DNA of 64,000 nucleotides from Candidatus Latescibacterota bacterium (GTDB lineage Bacteria; JAAXHH01): NCBI GenBank assembly GCA_022823465.1, contig JAJEHX010000042.1, positions 18,047 to 82,046 of the forward strand, read 5' to 3'. Shown piece by piece: positions 57,675 to 64,000 of this stretch (position 1 is its first letter; each line of letters starts with the position of its first letter). The notes under the pieces were generated by a model. It saw only the letters and a program-made list of their open reading frames with translations, ran no database searches and was not told where the DNA came from. The position numbers and the translations under genes were made by a program.

Positions 57675-59626
57675 GAATAGTGGACGATTCCTCCACCTCG
57701 GGCGTAGCCACTCCACGCGCTGCGCTGCTCGGCCTGGCGCTGGCGATCGTCGTCAACGTGGGCTCGGTAGCGAGCAACTTCCTGGTGGGGTACGTCCACC
57801 TTACCTTCGCCCATATCGACCTGGCCCTTCTGATCCCCTTTTTCCTGGGTATCCTGGGTCCCAATATACTGGTCAAGGCGGTCAGGCCGTCATGGGGGCT
57901 GCGGACCCGGGAACTGTTGTTCATCTTCGTCCTGGGCTGGATCGGCTTCATGGTGCCCACGTGGGGGATGTCGAACTACGTGGTGAACGTCATGACCACC
58001 GCGGAATACTACGCCACGCCCGAGAACCAGTGGCGCGAGATGTTCTTCGCCTATCTCCCGGACTGGGTCATCGTCACAAACGAGCAGTACGCGAACCGGG
58101 ACTATTACTGGGGCCTTCCCGAATCCATGCCGATTCCGTGGGCGGCGTGGATCATCCCCTCCTTCTGGTGGCTTACTTTCTTTGCCGGACTGCTGGCCGT
58201 CGGCATCTGCTTCGTCATCCTGATGCGCAAGCAATGGGTCGAGCACGAACGGCTTTCCTATCCCATCTCGCAGGTGCCGGTCGTCATGACCGATACGGAC
58301 GATGAATCAGACGCGGTCCTGCCGTCCATCATGGGCAATCGCCTGTTCATCACCGGGCTGGTGATCACTTTCTCCGTCATGTGCTGGAACACCGCCGCCT
58401 ACTGGACGCAGTGGACGGCCTTTCCAGTCGACGCCAGTACCGTAGTCAATCTCGAACTCGGGCGGTCCTTTCCCGCCCACCCCATTCGCATGAACGTGCT
58501 GACCCTGGCCTTTTCCTACTTCATCAACGTGGACATCCTGTTCAGCGTCTGGGTGTTCCAGATCGTCCGCACGCTGGAGCAGGGCGTCCTGGCCCGGGTC
58601 GGCATCGTAGCCGATTCGGGGACCGCCGTGCCTGGAGGACTCGTAGCAGTGCAGTTCATCGGCGGCATGATCGCCTTCGCGCTCTGGGGATTCTGGATCG
58701 CCCGACGCCACCTGAAGACGGTCTGGCGGCACGTGCGGGGGCACGAGACGAACCTGCGCGACGAGGACGAATTCATTTCGTACCGGGCCGCCCTGGTCAC
58801 GGGCGCATGCGGACTGGCCTACGTGATCTGGTGGCTGTACGCCATCGGCATGTCCTTTCCCGTGATCCTCGTCTTCCTCACGCTGCTCTTCCTCTTCTAT
58901 TTCGCGCTGTGCCGCGTGATGGCCGAATCGGGACTCGTCTTCCTGGACCTGCCCATCAACGCCCACCAGTTCACGGTGGGCATGCTGGGATCCGCTTCGC
59001 TCTCGCCCCAGAATCTGACGGGCCTGGGTCTCGGCAGCGCCTTCGCGCGCAACTGGAAGACCTTCACGATGATCATCCCCTCCCACGTCGCGCAACTGAG
59101 AACCGCACTGGGCGTGTCGGGACGGGTGCTGTTCTTCTGGTGCGCCGTCACCTTCGCCGTCAGCGCGATTACCGCTATCGGTTTCTCGGCTTATTCCGGA
59201 TACCGGCTGGGCGGTGCGGCCAACTACTACAACAATATCGCCGGCGACCCCGGTTTCTATAACCTGATCATAACGTGGATGCAGAACAGCACCACCATAT
59301 CGGGCACGGAAGTGTTCTTCCTGGTAACGGGCATGGCCATGGTCCTGGGCATGACCGTAGCCCGTTACTTCTTCAGCTGGTGGCCCATTTCTCCCATAGG
59401 ATTCGTGGTGGCCGCGGGGGGACCGGCACGCAACGCCTTTTTCCCCGTCTTCCTCGCGTGGCTGTTGAAGACCATTCTGATCCGGATCGGCGGCGTGCGC
59501 TTATACCAGTCGGCGCAGCCGCTCATGATCGGCATCATGGTAGGATACGTCCTGGGGTCCGCCGTTGCGATCGTGGTGGATTTGCTGTATTTTCCCGGGT
59601 CCATCCACGAACTGCAGTTTTTCTAA
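57671..59626 (+). CDS. Large polytopic membrane protein of unknown function (≥14 predicted TM helices)
   Basis: 651 aa. Hydrophobic helices throughout. Trp/Tyr-rich loops. Start overlaps the M32 stop (ATGA-type coupling). Confidence 0.6.
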   Translation: MRIVDDSSTSGVATPRAALLGLALAIVVNVGSVASNFLVGYVHLTFAHIDLALLIPFFLGILGPNILVKAVRPSWGLRTRELLFIFVLGWIGFMVPTWGMSNYVVNVMTTAEYYATPENQWREMFFAYLPDWVIVTNEQYANRDYYWGLPESMPIPWAAWIIPSFWWLTFFAGLLAVGICFVILMRKQWVEHERLSYPISQVPVVMTDTDDESDAVLPSIMGNRLFITGLVITFSVMCWNTAAYWTQWTAFPVDASTVVNLELGRSFPAHPIRMNVLTLAFSYFINVDILFSVWVFQIVRTLEQGVLARVGIVADSGTAVPGGLVAVQFIGGMIAFALWGFWIARRHLKTVWRHVRGHETNLRDEDEFISYRAALVTGACGLAYVIWWLYAIGMSFPVILVFLTLLFLFYFALCRVMAESGLVFLDLPINAHQFTVGMLGSASLSPQNLTGLGLGSAFARNWKTFTMIIPSHVAQLRTALGVSGRVLFFWCAVTFAVSAITAIGFSAYSGYRLGGAANYYNNIAGDPGFYNLIITWMQNSTTISGTEVFFLVTGMAMVLGMTVARYFFSWWPISPIGFVVAAGGPARNAFFPVFLAWLLKTILIRIGGVRLYQSAQPLMIGIMVGYVLGSAVAIVVDLLYFPGSIHELQFF

Positions 59627-59754
59627 CGGGGCCGGTGGGTGTTCGTCGCCTCGGAGGGCATGTCCGTCATGAAGACATGATCTGGTGTTTTCGAGGCCAT
59701 TCGGGACAAAGCGGTTTCCTCGCTAGCACCGTCCTTCTTTGACCGGAGGCCCGC

Positions 59755-60459
59755 GTGACTTCAGAAGAAATACACGGCGTCCTCGAGGCGCTGGGCGACC
59801 CCGATATCGCCGCGCATTCGCAGAGATTCTTCAAGACCGGTCCGGGAGAATACGGCGAAGGAGACCGGTTCCTCGGCATCAGGGTTCCCCTACTACGCGC
59901 CCAGGCCCGCCGACACCGCGATCTCTCCATGGGCGAGACCCTGCGCGTGCTCGTATCTCCCTATCATGAAGCACGCCTGTTTTCGCTTCTGTTGCTGGTC
60001 ATGAAATTCAACAAGGGTGAAGAGCGGGAGAGAGGAGCGATCTACGAAGCGTATCTAGGCCATACGGCCTTCATCAATAACTGGGACCTCGTCGACTGCT
60101 CCGCCCATCCCATTCTGGGCGGCTACCTGGACGCGCGGGACAAGAAACCGCTCTACGTGCTGGCTGAATCGGAATCGATATGGGAACGCAGAATGGCCAT
60201 CATGGCCTGTCTGCATTTCATCAGGCAGGATGTTTTTGCAGACGCGGTGAAACTGTCGGAACGCCTGCTGAACGACGAGGAAGATCTGATCCATAAAGCC
60301 GTGGGCTGGATGCTCAGGGAGATCGGAAAGCGGAATCTGGCCGTCGAGCAAACGTTCCTGAAGACCCATTACCGGCAGATGCCCCGCACGATGCTGCGCT
60401 ACGCGATAGAGCGATTCCCGGAGGAGGAAAGGGGCAGATACCTGAAGGGCGAGGTATAG
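59755..60459 (+). CDS. DNA alkylation repair protein (AlkD/AlkC-like HEAT-repeat glycosylase)
   Basis: GTG start. Motifs …FFKTGPGEYGEGDRFLGIRVPLLR…WDLVDCSA…WERRMAIMA… are typical of the AlkD family. Confidence 0.7.
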   Translation: MTSEEIHGVLEALGDPDIAAHSQRFFKTGPGEYGEGDRFLGIRVPLLRAQARRHRDLSMGETLRVLVSPYHEARLFSLLLLVMKFNKGEERERGAIYEAYLGHTAFINNWDLVDCSAHPILGGYLDARDKKPLYVLAESESIWERRMAIMACLHFIRQDVFADAVKLSERLLNDEEDLIHKAVGWMLREIGKRNLAVEQTFLKTHYRQMPRTMLRYAIERFPEEERGRYLKGEV

Positions 60460-60556
60460 GCGAGGGCACCGGGGCGACACATAGACGGGACGCCGGCACG
60501 AAGTATAGACGAGGGCACAGTATAGGTGGGCACCGGGGCGACATACAGACGAGGTG
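60451..60556. repeat. Intergenic ~36-bp imperfect direct repeat (about 2.5 copies)
   Basis: aggtataggcgagggcaccggggcgacacatagacg … agtataggtgggcaccggggcgacatacagacg. Confidence 0.3.
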
Positions 60557-60613
60557 AGGTACGGCCGGACGTGGATTGCCGTGGCTTAGCCCTCCCTCGA
60601 AGGAACTCATGAC

Positions 60614-62491
60614 GTGAGCAATCCAACCATTTCGAAAATCAACGCCTGGATCGCCGGCGGCGTCCTTTCCCGGACGGCGGGCGAGGCCATTGTGCAGTGG
60701 CTGACGGAGGCGGACTTCGCGGCGTTCGGAGCGGAAATCCGGACCCTGGTCGAAGCGGGGGACACCAATGAACTGGAAGACGCCTTCGGTTCGGCCATCG
60801 CCTTCGGAACGGGCGGACTTCGCGGCTGGATGGGTCCGGGGCCGAACCGGTTCAACACCCGCACCGTGGGCGTGGCCGCGCAGGGACTGGCCCGGTACGT
60901 CTCCGGGGCGGAGGAAGGGGGCGTTGGGGCAAGCGGAGCGCACGGGCATCATGGCGCCAGCGGGCAGCGGCAACACACGGGCGATACGCGAGCTGGCAGT
61001 GCGCAAGGGGTCGTCGTGGCCTGGGACACACGGCACAACTCGGAGGCCTTCGCGAAGGAGACGGCCCGGGTGCTTGCCGCCAACGGCATACCGGTGCTGA
61101 TCTTCGACGGCCATCGCTCGACCCCCGCGCTGTCCTTTGCCGTCCGGGAACTCGGGGCGGCGGCCGGCGTGATGATCAGCGCCAGCCACAACCCGCCCGG
61201 CGACAACGGATTCAAGGTGTACGGCCCCGATGGCGGCCAGATCGTGGCGCCCCTTGACGCGCGAATCACCGCGGAAATGCGGCGCGTTACAAAAGTCAGG
61301 CGGACCGGTTACGAGGATGCCGTCGAAGGAGGACTGATCCGGACCATCGACCGGGACCTGGACGCGGGGTACATCGCCGTCCTCGCGGACCTGTCGCTGT
61401 CCGGCGCCCGAGACATACGGGTGGTGTATACGCCCCTGCACGGCGTGGGCATGACTTCGATAGCGGCCGCACTGGAAAAGCTGGGCTACCAGGACGTACA
61501 CTACGTGGAGGAGCAGGTGAAGCCCGACGGGACGTTCCCCACACTCGCCGGAGGCATCGCGAACCCGGAAAGGCCGGAGGCGTTCCTCCTCGGCATACGG
61601 AAGGCCGCGGAAACCGGCGCGGACCTGGTCCTGGCCAGCGACCCCGACGCCGACCGCGTGGGATGCGCGCTTCCGCTGTCGGACCGGGGATGGTCGGCTC
61701 CTCCAGACGCCCTGGCGCTCAACGGTCACCAGATCGGCGCCCTTCTGTGCCATTACATCCTCAGCCGGAAACAGGCTGCGGGAACGCTATCCGCCAAGGG
61801 GCTGTTCTGCAAGACCGCGGTCACGTCGGATCTGGCCGCGCTCATCGCCCGGTCCCATGGCCTGGAGGTCGTGGACGACCTTCCGGTGGGATTCAAGCAT
61901 GTCGGCGCGGCGATAGAGCGGATGCCGTCGGACATGACTTTCGTGTTCGGCACCGAGGAGAGCCACGGGTACCTGGCGGACGCCCGGATACGGGACAAGG
62001 AGGCCGCAACCGGCATCCTGCTCGCCGAGTACGCCGCCCTGGCGAAGAAGGACAACCGCACGTTGCGCGACGAACTGGACGATATCTACCGTGCGTACGG
62101 ATATTTCAAAGAACGTCAGCAGTCGATCGTCATGGCCGGACCGGAAGGCACACGCAGGATCGACGGCATCATGGCCGCCCTGCGCACCGCGCCTCCGAAG
62201 CAAGTGGGCGGCCGTCCCGTTTACCGCGTGATCGATCGGGAGCGCGGCCAGGCACTGGATCCTCGTACGAATACGACCACGGCCGTGCCGGCCGACCGCG
62301 TGAACATCCTGATCTTCACACTTTCGGAGGCCGGCCACACGCGAGCCATCGTGCGCCCTTCAGGTACCGAACCGACCATGAAGTTCTACGTTTCCGCGTC
62401 ATCGGTCGACATGGCCGGAAACCGGAAGGCGATCGACGGCCTGGCGGAATCCATGCTCGCCGCCATGACCGAACTGTGCGAAAGCATGTGA
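60614..62491 (+). CDS. Phosphoglucomutase/phosphomannomutase (alpha-D-phosphohexomutase superfamily)
   Basis: SASHNPPGDNGFKVY active-site serine loop, GTGGLRG N-terminal motif, and a four-domain length (625 aa). Contains a GASGAHGHHGASG low-complexity insert. GTG start. Confidence 0.85.
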   Translation: MSNPTISKINAWIAGGVLSRTAGEAIVQWLTEADFAAFGAEIRTLVEAGDTNELEDAFGSAIAFGTGGLRGWMGPGPNRFNTRTVGVAAQGLARYVSGAEEGGVGASGAHGHHGASGQRQHTGDTRAGSAQGVVVAWDTRHNSEAFAKETARVLAANGIPVLIFDGHRSTPALSFAVRELGAAAGVMISASHNPPGDNGFKVYGPDGGQIVAPLDARITAEMRRVTKVRRTGYEDAVEGGLIRTIDRDLDAGYIAVLADLSLSGARDIRVVYTPLHGVGMTSIAAALEKLGYQDVHYVEEQVKPDGTFPTLAGGIANPERPEAFLLGIRKAAETGADLVLASDPDADRVGCALPLSDRGWSAPPDALALNGHQIGALLCHYILSRKQAAGTLSAKGLFCKTAVTSDLAALIARSHGLEVVDDLPVGFKHVGAAIERMPSDMTFVFGTEESHGYLADARIRDKEAATGILLAEYAALAKKDNRTLRDELDDIYRAYGYFKERQQSIVMAGPEGTRRIDGIMAALRTAPPKQVGGRPVYRVIDRERGQALDPRTNTTTAVPADRVNILIFTLSEAGHTRAIVRPSGTEPTMKFYVSASSVDMAGNRKAIDGLAESMLAAMTELCESM

Positions 62492-62641
62492 AAGAATGCG
62501 AGGGGCCGGCTCGGCTCCAGGCAGACCGGATCGGCTCCAGGCAGACCGGCTCGACCCCGGCAACCAGGCCGGAACCCGGCAAACCGGTTGGAACCGAACT
62601 ATAAACAGGATGAACATCCCATCTCGAAAGGCGAACTTACC

Positions 62642-63748
62642 ATGCGCATCATCGACTCCGGCGTCCTCAGCCGCAGCGTGCCCGGCACCGACCGCGCCAA
62701 CCTCACCTTCCCCGCCGTCCTCTGCAGGTCCGACGGCACGTTGATCGCCACCTGGCACAGCGGTTTGACGAAGGACTGCGCGGATGAAGTGATAGAAGTC
62801 AGCCGGTCATCGGACCTCGGGAAGACCTGGAGCGAACCCGAACGGCCCTTTGGCAGCCCCGTTCTCCGCGGCGTCCGGGGAACGGTCAAGATCGTCTATC
62901 TCACGGAACTGGCGCCCGGACGGGTCATTGCCGCGTCCATGTGGATCGACCGCGAAACCTACCCGGACGCCCCGGGTCTCTTCAACCCGGAGACCGAGGG
63001 ATGCGTGCCCATGTACATCCTCCTTGCGGATTCGGAGGACGGCGGGGAGACCTGGTCGCCCTGGCGCGAGGTGCCCATGCCGGAGGTGATCGGACCGGCA
63101 AGCCTGACCAATCCGATCATGCAGTTGCCGGACGGCACCCTGATCATGACCATCGAGAGCAACAAGCACTACCTCGACACCTCAAAATGGTACCAGCGGG
63201 TCGTCGCCTTTCACTCCACGGACGGGGGGGAAACCTGGGGTAAACCGATGAACATCGGGTTCGATCCAACGGGCCTGATCTTCAACTGGGACCTGAGGTC
63301 GGCCGTGGCGCCGGACGGCAGAATCGGCGCATTCGCGTGGACCTACAACACCGAAACGGAGTCCTACCTGAACATCCACCGCCGCGTCAGTCCCGACGGT
63401 GGACGGACCTGGTCAGAGCCCGAGGATATCGGCGTCACCGACCAGGCGGCGCACCCCGCGGTGCTGCCGGACGGACGCGTGATCCTGGCCTGGGTGGACC
63501 GCTTTCAGTCCCAGTCCATCAAGGCTCGCCTGGCTCCATCCATCGATGGGACTTTCGACCCGGAAACCGAAGTGACTCTATACGCCCACGAGGCGCCGAA
63601 GGAAGATCCCAAGGGCGCCCTGGGTTTCTCGGTGTGGTCCTTCGGCCTTCCCTACGCGGAAGCCCTGTCCGACGGCACGGTCCTGGTGGTCTACTACGCG
63701 GGAACCGAAGACGCCATGGATGTCCACTGGGCGAGGCTGGCGCCGTAG
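62642..63748 (+). CDS. BNR-repeat exo-alpha-sialidase-like glycosidase
   Basis: Four Asp-box (S-x-D-x-G-x-T-W) motifs: SSDLGKTWS, SEDGGETWS, STDGGETWG, SPDGGRTWS. Confidence 0.65.
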   Translation: MRIIDSGVLSRSVPGTDRANLTFPAVLCRSDGTLIATWHSGLTKDCADEVIEVSRSSDLGKTWSEPERPFGSPVLRGVRGTVKIVYLTELAPGRVIAASMWIDRETYPDAPGLFNPETEGCVPMYILLADSEDGGETWSPWREVPMPEVIGPASLTNPIMQLPDGTLIMTIESNKHYLDTSKWYQRVVAFHSTDGGETWGKPMNIGFDPTGLIFNWDLRSAVAPDGRIGAFAWTYNTETESYLNIHRRVSPDGGRTWSEPEDIGVTDQAAHPAVLPDGRVILAWVDRFQSQSIKARLAPSIDGTFDPETEVTLYAHEAPKEDPKGALGFSVWSFGLPYAEALSDGTVLVVYYAGTEDAMDVHWARLAP

Positions 63749-63890
63749 GAATGCCCGGCCCCTCAGCGGTGCATCGGCCTTGAACTGCATCCGCGAGCCA
63801 AAAAGGTATACGCGCCCGGTCCAAATCCATATCTTTGGGAACATTGAGCTGTTTTCCTGAGACCTGTCCTCACCACGGCGGTATCGGCCC

Positions 63891-64000
63891 ATGATCGGAC
63901 ACTACCTCCTCACCGCCTGGCGGAACATCCTCAAGTCCCGGTCCCACGCCGCGATCAACGTCATCGGGTTCGCCATCGGCATGGCCTGCTGCCTGGTCAT
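63891..64000 (+). CDS. FtsX/MacB-type ABC permease, N-terminal fragment (runs off window)
   Basis: MIGHYLLTAWRNILKSRSHAAINVIGFAIGMACCLV is paralogous to the N-terminus of the 7522-9966 permease. Confidence 0.5.
   Translation, partial: MIGHYLLTAWRNILKSRSHAAINVIGFAIGMACCLV

Noticed and set aside
60314-61753. 479-aa minus-strand ORF antisense to phosphoglucomutase
   Set aside because: Antisense artefact. Low-complexity translation.

Overview
This is a high-GC (about 65-70%) bacterial chromosomal window. It is gene-dense and mostly metabolic or envelope-related. Three lower-GC (about 50%) accessory islands interrupt it. Everything below rests on motif recognition and reading-frame inspection only, with no database searches.

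Core content, left to right:
- An LPS-core-like block: an LpxL/HtrB acyltransferase, a lipoprotein, a GT9 heptosyltransferase and a PfkB kinase.
- An ApbE flavin transferase next to an FMN-binding-domain protein.
- A large FtsX-type permease, with a paralogous permease starting at the window end.
- A catabolic block: PhyH dioxygenase, sugar-phosphate isomerase, neutral ceramidase-like, class-III aminotransferase, PmoA-family.
- A MoxR-DUF58 pair and an orphan MalK/UgpC-type ABC ATPase.
- A PLP-enzyme cluster: ornithine cyclodeaminase, class-I and class-V aminotransferases, and a SelA-like protein.
- An AmgK-like kinase fused to a RapZ C-terminal domain, next to a MurU-like nucleotidyltransferase.
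- An OppA-family binding protein, htpG, a Gfo/Idh/MocA oxidoreductase, pyrD, an enolase-superfamily enzyme, tRNA-Val and tRNA-Leu, HU, an ATP-grasp protein, an M32 carboxypeptidase, an AlkD-like protein, phosphoglucomutase, and a BNR sialidase-like protein.

The three islands:
- About 10.0-14.6 kb: an IS3 OrfA remnant, about 75-bp direct repeats flanking a small Cys-rich secreted peptide gene, a TlpA-like redoxin, and a PspF-like sigma-54 activator.
- About 30.2-32.6 kb: an orphan HicB antitoxin, plus a translationally coupled ABC-type ATPase and a DUF4276-like protein carrying TOPRIM E...DxD motifs. This is an OLD/PARIS/AbiL-like split defence pair.
- About 37.9-44.1 kb: a tightly coupled vsr-dcm operon continuing into a 984-aa protein (N-terminal GHKL Bergerat ATPase, long coiled coil, C-terminal bona fide histidine kinase) and a 519-aa receiver-domain protein with an unknown roughly 330-aa output domain.

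The third island is the best candidate for a previously undescribed system: a methylation-associated two-component defence module. The ATPase-TOPRIM pair is second. A small protein built from 33-bp/11-residue tandem repeats, and low-complexity Gly/Pro/Gln inserts in several housekeeping enzymes, are also worth a look.
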